Origin: a virus
Lineage: Duplodnaviria; Caudoviricetes
Strand: one strand, 5' to 3'
IMG/VR virus record: IMGVR_UViG_3300025120_000040
Location: 892 to 64,891 of that record
DNA length: 64,000 nt
Shown: one piece after another, positions 38,176 through 48,408 of the stretch
Position numbering within the stretch: position 1 is the stretch's first letter
Layout of the letters: the number at the start of each line of letters is the position of its first letter
Notes under the pieces: model-generated
Seen by the model: only the letters and a program-made list of their open reading frames with translations
The model's database searches: none
Told to the model about the DNA's origin: nothing
Program-made: the position numbers and the translations under genes

Positions 38176-41100
38176 TAGTATCCTGATCCACTACTGCCGG
38201 TGCTTGAACCGGAACCTGTTGTAGTAGAGCCTGACACTGCTGATCCTGTCGTGGTGTTGTTTGTGGCAGTTGATGTTGATGTGACCACAGTACCTGATGC
38301 CGCAAGTTGATTGGCTCCTAGTGCTGTTATGATTGACACATCATCAACGGTGGCCCCACTGATGAAAATTTCGTCTGCCGCCGAGTCAAGTTGGAACAAG
38401 GACCCAAAACCCTGTCCTGACTGGTTTGGCACAATCACTGCTGTAAGCAAGTCTGGAGCAAGTTGATTGTGTATGTAAGCGGCTAATTCTGTAAAGTAAA
38501 AACTGTCTCCAAAATCCCAGTTGTTCAATGCAAAGAATTCATTGATCGAAGCGATCACTCTGGTCTTAACAACTGCATCTGAAATGTTTGTCTTTGGATT
38601 TTTCACAACCTTGAACGTTGCCTGTAATTGTTCTTCGGCATTTGAACCAAAAAGTATTTTGTATTTCACAGGATGGTATATGATCTGATCTGACAACGAT
38701 TTTAAAGGATTCAATGTACCCGAATAGTTTATTCTCAACTGATCTGAAGTAGATACATTAGGCTTACTACCGCCGTCCTGCAACCATATTCTAAATAGAT
38801 TATCATATGTTCTCTCTAATAGGTACACATCAACAATATTTGACACACTAGGATCTATCCTAGTTTCCTGCCCTGCATGATGTTTGTATTGAAAATTAAT
38901 TGATCCTCTACCTTTTCTTGATGTATAGTCTGTTGTTGTAGAAAGCGTATTTGTCGTGCTACTGTAACTTTTGATCACATCCTCACTTTCGTCATAGAAG
39001 TAAAACAACTGTCCGTCTGTGTACGTAGATGTGTTAAGATTTATATCCGTTTCATTTTTTGTAACAACAAAGTTAGTTGTCGCATAAGGTTTGAATCTTT
39101 CTATGTTATCATAAGAAGTGTATTTTTGAAAGAATACAAATTTTGTAGATTCAGAAAGCGTGGGTTCAACAAAGATATCAAATATTTCAGGGTTATCAAC
39201 TACTCCGTCGTCATCGTCGTCGAAGAAACCAACTTTGACTTTCCTGTTGTCCTGGAAACCGTCTGCTTCTGTTACCACGTCAACGACTTGCCATGTAATT
39301 GGATATCCTATGCTGTTACCCGACGAAACTATGCTGTTAGTCTTTAATATCTTGACTGCGTCTTTTACACTCTTTCCTGTTGTGTAATCGTAAATTTTTT
39401 CTTCCACATCATAATGAAACTTGTTCTGTGATTCTGATTCAAATATGTAATCCAGTTTCCTATATTGCACTGTATAGGTGTTACCATCATTAGTGAACTT
39501 AAACCACCAACTGGCATCTGTGTTTGTGCCTGTTGCTGATCCTGTGTTAGCAAGACTGAACACCGAATCTGCACTTAAATTTGTTGACGTAATAACTTTC
39601 CATGTTTCCGAATCTGTGTCATATCTAAGACCAAATTCCTCATATGCTTCTATCCTGGCCAGTAAATCTGTTTCTAGTGTTGAAGAAAATGATGTGGTTA
39701 AGTTTGGTATGATGGCATTTATAACCGAACCATTTGGTATTATGCTATTGAGTGTTACCGGTCCCACACCTGACTCTAGGTTTCCTACACCGCTGTTGGC
39801 CCCGTCAAGTACAACTGCCCCTATCTTGGTCCATGCTCTGTCCTCGGCATTGTCTGTTGTTGAAGTCACTAACGTTCCGTTTAGGAATTTTCTTGTGTCT
39901 GGTGATGTAAATTTTATCAATGCACCCGGTTTGGCAAACTTCATGTTAGAAGTTGCCGAATCACCGATGACCAATGGACCACCTGATGTGAAGTAACCTG
40001 TGTTTGTATTTGTTGATGTTGTTGTTGAGTTCCAAGTAGCCGTTAATGTGCTGGCATCTTTTGTACCATACTTTAGGTAATAAAACTGTCTAGCATACGC
40101 CTCTTTTAATTTTGCTTCCACTGACGAATCTATTGTTGATTGTATCTCACTCTTATTATTAAACGTAAACGTGAATTGCTGTAACGATTCTTCCCTATAA
40201 AGTATTCCGTCTTCTGCAAACGCACTCACGTTAGAGTATGCACCTGTTGGGTCTAGAATTTCTTTTGCCCTAGATATGCCTGATGCCGATCTGTTCACCG
40301 ATCTCACTTTAACAATTTCCTGTGATGCACTCAAAGGAACTACTTGGTAGTCCTCTGCCGTAATCATCCTGTTCTGAGAGTAATATACCTGCGCCGCTTT
40401 TTCTTTTATGGAATCACTTGATTCTGTTGCCGCTGAATTGTAAATGCTGGCCTTCAAATTTAGGCTTATCTGTAATGTTTGCTGTGCACCGTTGGTGTCT
40501 GTGTAAGGTACACTCAACTGTATGTCCTGCATATCTGCCGGTTGTATAGCGTACTTGGCATTGTCACTGACTCTGTAATAGGTCCTGAAATTCCCCAACG
40601 GTATGTTAGAGAAGTTGCCATCTCCAAACACTAGGTCAATCGCATCGTTATTTTTTGTCACGACGTTGTAAGTGTTTCTCTCTGATTTGGACAACGAATT
40701 GTAAATTGCATTATTCCCTGACAGCGATGGAACTTTCGACCACGCTTCTGACAACTGTCCAAATTGATCTAACTTGTACAACCAAACATCAGAATCGTTG
40801 ATATTGGAAGTTTCAAGATTTTTCACATAATTTGTTATCGCAGTACCTACAGAAAAATCTTGATTTTCTAATACTCCCTGTTTAAAAAGAAAGAAGAATC
40901 CTGTGTTATTGGAACTATCTCCGGATCCGTCTGTCCTGTAAGTATAAGTCAGTCCCGAACCTGGTACTGGTGATGACTCATACACAGAGTCAGAACCTGT
41001 TGTCGTACTGGGCACTATTTCAAAACTTCTATTCGTTCCACCAATTGATTTTTGAAATTTGAATATCGGAAGATCCAATTGATTTGAACTTAACGTGTAG

Positions 41101-41657
41101 ACCTCTGTGTTTATTCCGCCTATCTTCCCCGACTCCCTAGGATTGCCAAAAAGTTGCCCTGCCTGGTTAGCGGCGTTTAATATTGCAGTGAATTGTTCTC
41201 TGTAATTTGAGTTAGCACTGTCGTTCCATATAATATTTTCATTTGCTAAATTTGTTCCTGTACTATCTTTTACATCCTGTGTTGTTGATATAGAGTCTAT
41301 CTTCAACATTCCTGTTGCAGGTTTGTTTCTTTTGGCATTGTAGTTGATTAGCCTTGCCAATCTTAAAACACTGTTTCTTCTTTCTGCTGTTTCTAAGAAG
41401 TTTTCCCTAGCATTCAAGTCAACTCTGAAAGATAGTGCCTGTGCTATGTAGGCAATCAAATCTATCAGTGCAACATATTCCGAACTCTCAACAAAGTCAT
41501 TGAAATCGTCCGGGTAGTTCTCTTTCAGATACGCTACCATCGTCCTTCTCAGAGTCTCAAAATCGTATGATTTGAAATCCGCCTGTTGGAAGGACTGGTA
41601 GATCTTTCTCCAATCTTCCGCAACTAATAATCTGTTTTGTCTATCTGTAGTGGCCAT
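38175..41657 (-). CDS. gp6: baseplate wedge subunit (T4 gp6-like)
   Basis: YDFETLR, ENFLETAERRNSVLRLA, LVFGDG, SQNRMITAEDY. Confidence 0.85.
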   Translation of the reverse strand: MATTDRQNRLLVAEDWRKIYQSFQQADFKSYDFETLRRTMVAYLKENYPDDFNDFVESSEYVALIDLIAYIAQALSFRVDLNARENFLETAERRNSVLRLARLINYNAKRNKPATGMLKIDSISTTQDVKDSTGTNLANENIIWNDSANSNYREQFTAILNAANQAGQLFGNPRESGKIGGINTEVYTLSSNQLDLPIFKFQKSIGGTNRSFEIVPSTTTGSDSVYESSPVPGSGLTYTYRTDGSGDSSNNTGFFFLFKQGVLENQDFSVGTAITNYVKNLETSNINDSDVWLYKLDQFGQLSEAWSKVPSLSGNNAIYNSLSKSERNTYNVVTKNNDAIDLVFGDGNFSNIPLGNFRTYYRVSDNAKYAIQPADMQDIQLSVPYTDTNGAQQTLQISLNLKASIYNSAATESSDSIKEKAAQVYYSQNRMITAEDYQVVPLSASQEIVKVRSVNRSASGISRAKEILDPTGAYSNVSAFAEDGILYREESLQQFTFTFNNKSEIQSTIDSSVEAKLKEAYARQFYYLKYGTKDASTLTATWNSTTTSTNTNTGYFTSGGPLVIGDSATSNMKFAKPGALIKFTSPDTRKFLNGTLVTSTTDNAEDRAWTKIGAVVLDGANSGVGNLESGVGPVTLNSIIPNGSVINAIIPNLTTSFSSTLETDLLARIEAYEEFGLRYDTDSETWKVITSTNLSADSVFSLANTGSATGTNTDASWWFKFTNDGNTYTVQYRKLDYIFESESQNKFHYDVEEKIYDYTTGKSVKDAVKILKTNSIVSSGNSIGYPITWQVVDVVTEADGFQDNRKVKVGFFDDDDDGVVDNPEIFDIFVEPTLSESTKFVFFQKYTSYDNIERFKPYATTNFVVTKNETDINLNTSTYTDGQLFYFYDESEDVIKSYSSTTNTLSTTTDYTSRKGRGSINFQYKHHAGQETRIDPSVSNIVDVYLLERTYDNLFRIWLQDGGSKPNVSTSDQLRINYSGTLNPLKSLSDQIIYHPVKYKILFGSNAEEQLQATFKVVKNPKTNISDAVVKTRVIASINEFFALNNWDFGDSFYFTELAAYIHNQLAPDLLTAVIVPNQSGQGFGSLFQLDSAADEIFISGATVDDVSIITALGANQLAASGTVVTSTSTATNNTTTGSAVSGSTTTGSGSSTGSSGSGY

Positions 41658-41671
41658 TGTAATTACAATGG

Positions 41672-41679
41672 TATTTATA
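41672..41679 (-). promoter_or_regulatory. T4-type late promoter TATAAATA
   Basis: Exact TATAAATA on the minus strand, 14 nt upstream of the gp6 ATG. Confidence 0.75.
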
Positions 41680-41699
41680 TGTTAGGAAATGTGCGTATA

Positions 41700-42113
41700 T
41701 TAAGATAGACGCATTAGTGAGTTCTCGTCAAAGTTGAAGCTCAATTTCTCGGTAATATTCAACGGCACATATGTTATAGTGGCCTGTATGGCTATGCCCT
41801 TGTCTGCTTCGGATACCAAAATCTCTTCTGTGGCAATACGTGGATCTGCGTTGAGATTTGCCGTGACATCCTCTATTATTGCTTCTTTTAGAGCTTCTGT
41901 GAACGGTTCAAATATGGCATCATATATGATAGTGCCAAACTCGGGGTTCTCCACTCTCTCGCCCTTACGTATGCTTAATCTGTTTATGAGATCTTGTTTG
42001 GCCACCTCGAAGTCATACAGTTTGAAGTTGGTTTTATCCGCACGTGAGCTGAAACCCTTGAAGGTCACTGTCTTGTTTGCTATGTCTCCTGATCCTGAAT
42101 CTCCGTATGCCAT
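41700..42113 (-). CDS. gp25: baseplate wedge subunit (gp25/GPW family)
   Basis: KQDLINRLSIRKGERVENPEFGT...DPRI. Confidence 0.9.
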   Translation of the reverse strand: MAYGDSGSGDIANKTVTFKGFSSRADKTNFKLYDFEVAKQDLINRLSIRKGERVENPEFGTIIYDAIFEPFTEALKEAIIEDVTANLNADPRIATEEILVSEADKGIAIQATITYVPLNITEKLSFNFDENSLMRLS

Positions 42114-42129
42114 ATACTATATTTACTCC

Positions 42130-43911
42130 CTAAAATCTAAAGAAACTCTTCACCGCCGAAATGGCACTGCTTTTAATGGACGCTATCTTACCATGGATAA
42201 AACTCATCGCGGCACCTTTCGGATCGGAAATTAATTTTTGAATATCGTTTGCTTTGCTTGTTAAAGTGTTCAAATTTTTTAGCGGTAGTTTTATGTTGTC
42301 ATTAAGTTTGACCACCTTGCTCAACTTACTGGATACTGCTTTTATAGATGGTTGCTTCAACAATTCTGATTTGATAACTTTTAGTTCCGTAGCGGATAAT
42401 CCCGGGCTAGATTTCTTTATCTCTTCCATGGCTTCGTTGATAAATTTCTTGGTCCTTGCAGTACTACTCTGTCTATCATAAGGTTCATGAGTCACAAAAT
42501 CTGTTACGGTTGTCTTGTTGTCTATCTTGTTGGGTTTTCCTTGTGCTAAAGGATTGTCGTCATCTATGTCTATCAGCCCTTCGGTTACCCTTATTCCTAT
42601 TGCATCTGGTTTGAGCCAACTAGGACCCCACAATGGACTGGCATTTATCGAATTCAAATGAACCTGAGATCCTGCTAGATCTATTCTACCTTTCGCACCA
42701 TGCAGTTGTGTGCCTTCTGTGAATGAACTTATACCGTCCCTTCCATAATGTCTCACAGCACCTTTCTGAGAACTGTTGAATATGCCTTTTTCTCCCATTG
42801 CAAAAAGATATCCCTCTGCGTTCAACGCCAGATGATTTTCTGATGTAAGATTGATGGTGCCTTTGGCATGGAAATTAATGTTTGTCTCCGAGTGCAGATT
42901 GAAGTCTTTGCCTGATCTTAAATTTATACCACCGTCGGAGTAAACACTTATGGTGCCATCCTTTGCCATCTCTATGTATGCTTTACCAGAACCGTTTGCA
43001 AGATACACCACACCTTCTGTGTCGTGCATTAAAAGTTGGTGTCCGGATGCTGTTCTCAATCTGGTCAATTGGTTTGTGCCGTCCACTGCGCCGTCGTCCA
43101 TGACGAACGTGTGTCCTGTCTTCCTGGTCACGTAATCTTTTGCCTCCGAGTCTCTTGTGCCCACGCTCTCTTTTGTCGTGGTCGTGTCTTTCCTACCCGG
43201 CGTGCTTATGCCAAAAACCTGACTTGGTGTTTCCCTACGTGCCGAACTTGATGTGTTACCTCTGACATCATCCGCACTCAATCCCTGTTGCAGTAAAGTA
43301 TCCGCGAATGGGTGTATGGGCTTGGGTATTGATTCGTAGTTGCCGTTCTGCAACGCACCTTGCCTGTTCCTGTTCAGCTCTCCTGACGGCACATTTTTTG
43401 AACCGTATTTGGATTGCTTGTCGTCTTGGAAGCCTGCGTCTGTACCTTCGAACGTTCCGTCCAGTGCGTCGTTGGTGTTGGTGCTTGACGCTATGCCTGG
43501 CATCATGTGATTGGTGTATGGTTCCTGCACACAACCTATCCAGTAGGCCTGATTCATTTTGCCTTCTGCGAATATCACAAGAACTTTGGTCTCTAGGTCT
43601 GGTGGTATCATCCACATACCGTACGAGTGCTGTGAGTCTCCAAATTCTGTGCCTGCTCCCTTGGCGTACTTGCCTCCCTTGGCTCCGTAGAAAGGTGCCA
43701 GGTATTCGCAGGTTATGAGCTGGTTCTCTGCTGGGTCTGATGTCTTTGACAGGCTTGGAATTTGTACTTTCAATCTTCCCATCCTAGTGGGATCCATGTT
43801 GCCCTTGACTGTGCCCACATAAGGTCCGGCATTTGTTCCGGCCCAAGACTTGTCTGATCCGGGTGCTTTTGAAGTTGAAGTGTCTCCCTTGAGATAATTG
43901 TGCAATGACAT
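42130..43911 (-). CDS. gp5: baseplate central spike (gp5/VgrG-like), no lysozyme domain seen
   Basis: OB-fold DPTRMGRLKV, YGMWMIPPD..VLVIFAEG; GHTFVMDDG, RTASGHQLLMHD; beta-helix region; THEPY. Confidence 0.85.
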   Translation of the reverse strand: MSLHNYLKGDTSTSKAPGSDKSWAGTNAGPYVGTVKGNMDPTRMGRLKVQIPSLSKTSDPAENQLITCEYLAPFYGAKGGKYAKGAGTEFGDSQHSYGMWMIPPDLETKVLVIFAEGKMNQAYWIGCVQEPYTNHMMPGIASSTNTNDALDGTFEGTDAGFQDDKQSKYGSKNVPSGELNRNRQGALQNGNYESIPKPIHPFADTLLQQGLSADDVRGNTSSSARRETPSQVFGISTPGRKDTTTTKESVGTRDSEAKDYVTRKTGHTFVMDDGAVDGTNQLTRLRTASGHQLLMHDTEGVVYLANGSGKAYIEMAKDGTISVYSDGGINLRSGKDFNLHSETNINFHAKGTINLTSENHLALNAEGYLFAMGEKGIFNSSQKGAVRHYGRDGISSFTEGTQLHGAKGRIDLAGSQVHLNSINASPLWGPSWLKPDAIGIRVTEGLIDIDDDNPLAQGKPNKIDNKTTVTDFVTHEPYDRQSSTARTKKFINEAMEEIKKSSPGLSATELKVIKSELLKQPSIKAVSSKLSKVVKLNDNIKLPLKNLNTLTSKANDIQKLISDPKGAAMSFIHGKIASIKSSAISAVKSFFRF

Positions 43912-46172
43912 TAACTTATAAATCCTTTAATCTTGTTCGTAATTTTGTTCTTGATCCTGCTCACGTTTGCAGAAGCAAGATCGATATATTTCCTACCAAT
44001 ACTAGTTAAGTTTGATTTGACGTCAGTGAAATCTTTTGCACTGTAGAATTTGGTTAGTTCACTTTTCAACACGATGAATGGCTCGCCGTTTATATCCACC
44101 ACGCTGGAAGTCGGAACAGGATCTGATATGATCACTCCTTGATTGTTGAATCTGGTAAGGTTCAACACATTGGTGTACTTGCCATCTGTGAAGTTGTGTT
44201 CCACCTGTACCACACGATACAGTCCACTGAATTCTGCTGACTGATCTTCCTGTAGTTCGTAAACACCTGTCTGGTCATTAAAGTCCGTAGGCATCCTGAA
44301 GTTCAGCATTATGATCGGTTCCGCCACGTCCGTGTTGTAGCAACGTAACTCGCTGTTCCAAATCCTGTCCTTGTTGCGCCTCCAATAACCTATGTCCGGA
44401 TCAGATGCCTTGCCGGCACCTCTTGCAAAGTTCTTGGCGTTTAGTGGGATGAACTGTGACTGGCTGATCCATGCGGGATCTCCCAAGATCTCCATCCTCA
44501 CATTGACCATGTCCGCCATGGGGTGTGTCAGTGAATCCAGAAACGAGTCCAACTGCGTTGGTGTGCCACCGGTCTTGGCCGTGCCCTCAGACTTGTTAGT
44601 GTCGGCGTGTGATCTAGTCAGAAGGTTACCGTCCGTGTTGTGGTCTGTTGCATTGGTACCGCCTGTGGCCTTGTCCGAGGCGTTTTCGATTTTGTTCTTA
44701 CGATCTTCAGTTGCCTCGAAGTCTTTTAGTCGAGACTGGAAGTATGCCACTTTGTAGTTGATGTTCAAATCCATCACGTCCACGTTGTCGCCTGTGAATA
44801 TGTAATTGTAGGTCTTGAAAACGAAATTCCTGAAGTTCTGACCTGTGCTGACGCCGGGTATGGACAAAGAGTAAGCGTGTATCTTGTATGGTTCAACATG
44901 GTAGTTGATCTTCTTCCTGTCCATGGCACGTATGTTGTCGAAGTCACCCTCGACAGGCACCACGCTGGCCCGGATCTTGAAGTAGTCGAAATAGAAGTCC
45001 TGTGCCGCATCTAGCACCCCCTCTGCACCACCCTTGAACTGTGCGACGTTCAGTGTCCTGTCCACCTTTTTCTTCCACTGGTCGAACTTCTTGTCCGAGT
45101 ATGCAGGATGGCCCTTCATGATCTCTTCTAGAATCTTGGTTATGGCGTTGGCGGAGTTGATCTTCATGTAGTCGGGTGGCACTGCTAGTTCATTCGCTAC
45201 GTAGAATCCAGCGTCTGCGCCTGTGGCACCTTGAGTGGCCATGCCCTGTTGCTCTAGGTTCTCTGTCGTAATAAAAGCATCATTGATGCCCTTGCTGTCA
45301 AACGTGATGGTGTAAACATCCGGTTTCTCCGCTAATCCTGTTTTTTTCTCGTCCTCGTTCTGTTTGTTCAACAACTCCTCCAGTGCCTTGAACACGTCTG
45401 AAAGTCGTTTGCCGTCTGGCGACAGTGTTCCCGCTGTCCTTGGATAGTTGAATCTGTTCACATAGGCGAATTCGTTGTAGGGTATGGCCTTGACCGTATA
45501 CACCGTACCGGCCTGGGTGACATCCATCTGCATGTCCACTAGTTTCACAGGTATCAGTCTTTTCATGTTCTGTGAATCTTTGGTCGATGCTTGTTTACCC
45601 AGCTCATCAAACCCTTTGAAGTCTATGGTCAACAGGAACGGAGCGTCCAGGTGATCTAGGAAACCGTTGTTGACCGCGGCACCACGTATCCTCTCCAACA
45701 GCGTTATGCCGGCTGGTTCAATTATCTCCATGGATATCTGTGTGACCGAGGTCAGCCTCCTCTTGTCGTTTAGGCCTGGTATGCTGTTCATTGTCACGTT
45801 CCTGATGTAAAGGTCCCTGTTCCTTCCCAGCGTCCGCCTACTTTTGAAGAGGGCCTCTTTTTGTCGTTTATTGAGGGTTGTGCCCTCTGTGGCCTTTGCC
45901 AAATCCGTGGCCGGTGAGCTTTGGTTCACGTCTGCGCCAATGCCAGAACTTCTGACTATGATGTCATGTGCTTTGGATTTCAGTAATGTTGGTGTGTCCT
46001 CGAGATCTCGCTGTGACAATGCACTCAATGTGAACAAAGAATTGTAAGAGGCGAACTGGTGCAGGCTGTTGGGGTCGTTGATAGTGGTGACGTAGGTGTC
46101 GTTGCCTTTGTTTAATGTACCCTTCTCTGTGATAGTTCCGGCAAAATCTGGACCGTTATATTCGTTAGCCAT
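43911..46172 (-). CDS. baseplate hub protein (gp27-like)
   Basis: Lies between gp53 and gp5; C-terminal MEILGDP...FSGLYRVVQVEHNFTDGKYT typical of hub proteins. Confidence 0.65.
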   Translation of the reverse strand: MANEYNGPDFAGTITEKGTLNKGNDTYVTTINDPNSLHQFASYNSLFTLSALSQRDLEDTPTLLKSKAHDIIVRSSGIGADVNQSSPATDLAKATEGTTLNKRQKEALFKSRRTLGRNRDLYIRNVTMNSIPGLNDKRRLTSVTQISMEIIEPAGITLLERIRGAAVNNGFLDHLDAPFLLTIDFKGFDELGKQASTKDSQNMKRLIPVKLVDMQMDVTQAGTVYTVKAIPYNEFAYVNRFNYPRTAGTLSPDGKRLSDVFKALEELLNKQNEDEKKTGLAEKPDVYTITFDSKGINDAFITTENLEQQGMATQGATGADAGFYVANELAVPPDYMKINSANAITKILEEIMKGHPAYSDKKFDQWKKKVDRTLNVAQFKGGAEGVLDAAQDFYFDYFKIRASVVPVEGDFDNIRAMDRKKINYHVEPYKIHAYSLSIPGVSTGQNFRNFVFKTYNYIFTGDNVDVMDLNINYKVAYFQSRLKDFEATEDRKNKIENASDKATGGTNATDHNTDGNLLTRSHADTNKSEGTAKTGGTPTQLDSFLDSLTHPMADMVNVRMEILGDPAWISQSQFIPLNAKNFARGAGKASDPDIGYWRRNKDRIWNSELRCYNTDVAEPIIMLNFRMPTDFNDQTGVYELQEDQSAEFSGLYRVVQVEHNFTDGKYTNVLNLTRFNNQGVIISDPVPTSSVVDINGEPFIVLKSELTKFYSAKDFTDVKSNLTSIGRKYIDLASANVSRIKNKITNKIKGFIS

Positions 46173-46175
46173 GGA

Positions 46176-46475
46176 TTATATCCCCAGGTCTTTGATCAGG
46201 TTCTCTTTCTTTGGCAACTGCACAGTCACCCCTGGTTTGAAATCATAAATGGGGTCTTCCAGTTGATCTGGATTTCTCTGTGCGAACACCCACCAAAGTC
46301 TCGGTGAGCCGTATAAGTCATAGGCCAACAGGTCTGGCCTGTATGCGTATGTTCTCTCTATGGTGTAACTTTGATCATCTTCTTCGGCTGTGAGTGTTCT
46401 AGGATTCAAGATACCCAAATAGTCTGCTACTTCTCTTGTTTCGAAATATGGTGATGTGTTTGAGTACTTGGCCAT
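46176..46475 (-). CDS. gp53: baseplate wedge protein (gp53/LysM-like)
   Basis: YRPDLLAYDLYGSPRLWWVF..RN. Confidence 0.8.
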   Translation of the reverse strand: MAKYSNTSPYFETREVADYLGILNPRTLTAEEDDQSYTIERTYAYRPDLLAYDLYGSPRLWWVFAQRNPDQLEDPIYDFKPGVTVQLPKKENLIKDLGI

Positions 46476-47299
46476 TAGATGAATCCTACCTCGTTACTTC
46501 CCTTGCCGTTAAGTTCTCCGTTCACGAATTTCTTCATTGAGAAGTTCTTAATGGAATCCCTGCTGTAGATCGGTGTCACCAGCACTGATATGTTTGACAG
46601 TGTGGGTGCCCATGTCTGTGATTCTCCCTGTTGGGCAGTTAAAAATTCACCTGCGTCTGGTCCATTTAATTCCTTGTAGGGTGTGCTTGTTTGTTTGGTA
46701 GAGATGTAATCTATGCCCGGCCTTAATTCTACGTTGAATGTGTTTATTACCACAGGCACTTTATTGAACATGTGGTCTCCATAACCAAACAGGTGCATGA
46801 TTGGTGGGGGATTTCCTTTAAGGCCATCTAGGCCATTCTCACTTCCAAAGAACATCTTTGTCGCGGTCCTTAGGAAATTCACAGTTGCCACCCAGTGCTT
46901 GGCATCGTCTTGATTCTGAACAGGAAATTCACCAATGATGTTCATTGAGTCCACCTGTGAGTTTTGATAGGCCTGGTGAGGGTAGTTGCTGTGTACCTGA
47001 TCCATTGCGTTGTAGTTGGCAGAATGCTGTATCACAACCGCTGGAGTCAAGGGCCAGAAAATACCTTTTGCATCTGCTAAAGGTTTCATTATAGGATTGT
47101 TATCAAAATCAAAAAATTTCGTCAAAGGTCCATCTGGCACTTGCAGTCTCACACGCCAGTCTGTTTTGTCGCTACGTCCGGACCACTTGGCCCTTGCTTG
47201 TACAATTCTCGAATCTGTGGAAATACCGGCACCCGTTAATCTACCCAGGGTCCTGTTGAATATACCCTGTCCCACATTCTTGATTATTTTTCCCAACAT
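46475..47299 (-). CDS. baseplate/tail-tube initiator (gp48/gp54-like)
   Basis: P.TP..HSANY...HSNY, FLRTATKMFFG, GNPPPI..L.GYG..FNKVPVVI. Confidence 0.65.
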   Translation of the reverse strand: MLGKIIKNVGQGIFNRTLGRLTGAGISTDSRIVQARAKWSGRSDKTDWRVRLQVPDGPLTKFFDFDNNPIMKPLADAKGIFWPLTPAVVIQHSANYNAMDQVHSNYPHQAYQNSQVDSMNIIGEFPVQNQDDAKHWVATVNFLRTATKMFFGSENGLDGLKGNPPPIMHLFGYGDHMFNKVPVVINTFNVELRPGIDYISTKQTSTPYKELNGPDAGEFLTAQQGESQTWAPTLSNISVLVTPIYSRDSIKNFSMKKFVNGELNGKGSNEVGFI

Positions 47300-47305
47300 A
47301 AATGG

Positions 47306-47334
47306 TTGCTTTCCTTTGTAAAATTTCGTATACT
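47306..47334 (+). promoter_or_regulatory. sigma70-type promoter for gp55-47-46
   Basis: TTGCTT (47306-47311), 17-nt spacer, TATACT (47329-47334). Confidence 0.65.
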
Positions 47335-47341
47335 TTAACTA

Positions 47342-47349
47342 TATTTATA
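47342..47349 (-). promoter_or_regulatory. T4-type late promoter for the baseplate operon
   Basis: Exact TATAAATA on the minus strand upstream of ATG 47299. Confidence 0.75.
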
Positions 47350-47415
47350 GGCATTATTTAGGCACACTTAATTCGCCATACGGCACGAATCAACACAATA
47401 TAAAGAGAAGCAATT

Positions 47416-48405
47416 ATGAAGAGAGTAAAGTACCTAAACAACAGAGATCTGCTATTACAGATACATGCCAGCAAGAATACATACTGCTCATACGTCACAC
47501 CCGAGGACGCACAATATGACTTGATCTTACCCAACCTCAAAAAGGTCAACGCCAGTGCAGTGGCACAGGCACGTAAGGCAAAGGCCAAGAGACTCACACA
47601 GGAAGCGTGGGAGGATGCCAAGGCGGCAGGGCTCAAGAAGATAAAATTAGTGGACTACACAGTGAGTCCGAGGAAAATAGAAAAGACAGACCTAATTTTT
47701 AGAGTCATGATGTTTGACCATGTGCCCATGGACAGCGAGAGAAAGAAGAATCCAAAAACAACAGCGGATCACCATTCTAAAGTTAACTTCCCTCCATTCC
47801 AACACTACAAGTTTGACAAAAAAGGCAAACTAGTTTGTATGGGAAAATCACACTGGGTGGGTGGTATGAGTAATGGACACTTCTCTGTGGATCACGGCAA
47901 GATGACTAATCAACTGGCATTGATGTACATGAAGTTGTGTGAGAGATATGGAACAAGAGCCAACTGGAGAGGCTACACCTACAACGATGAGATGCAATCA
48001 CAGGCACTGATGCAACTGTCACAGATTGGATTACAGTTTGACGAATCTAAGTCAGACAATCCTTTCGCATACTACACGGCGGCCATAACAAACAGTTTCA
48101 CGAGAATCTTGAACATCGAGAAAAAAAATCAAGCAATCAGAGACGACTTGTTAGAATTCAATGGGATGATGCCCAGTTTCACAAGACAGAATGAGAACAC
48201 CACCGCAGGTCCATCATACAAGGAGATGATGAAGACAGCACATGGTGATGTGCATGAGGTCAACAAGACAACTCTAGCAAAACTGAATAAGAGATTCAAG
48301 AAGAAGGGCGAAAATCTAGACCTCAAGGAAGATTTCGAAGGGGTCAAGTTCAAGAACAAGATAGACATGACCAATCACAAACCAACAGTCAAGAAGAAGT
48401 GGTAA
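47416..48405 (+). CDS. gp55: RNA polymerase sigma factor for late transcription (gp55-like)
   Basis: YLNNRDLL, NWRGYTYNDEM, FDESKSDNPFAYYT...FTRILNIEKK; precedes gp47/gp46 as in T4-like phages. Confidence 0.85.
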   Translation: MKRVKYLNNRDLLLQIHASKNTYCSYVTPEDAQYDLILPNLKKVNASAVAQARKAKAKRLTQEAWEDAKAAGLKKIKLVDYTVSPRKIEKTDLIFRVMMFDHVPMDSERKKNPKTTADHHSKVNFPPFQHYKFDKKGKLVCMGKSHWVGGMSNGHFSVDHGKMTNQLALMYMKLCERYGTRANWRGYTYNDEMQSQALMQLSQIGLQFDESKSDNPFAYYTAAITNSFTRILNIEKKNQAIRDDLLEFNGMMPSFTRQNENTTAGPSYKEMMKTAHGDVHEVNKTTLAKLNKRFKKKGENLDLKEDFEGVKFKNKIDMTNHKPTVKKKW

Positions 48406-48408
48406 TCA

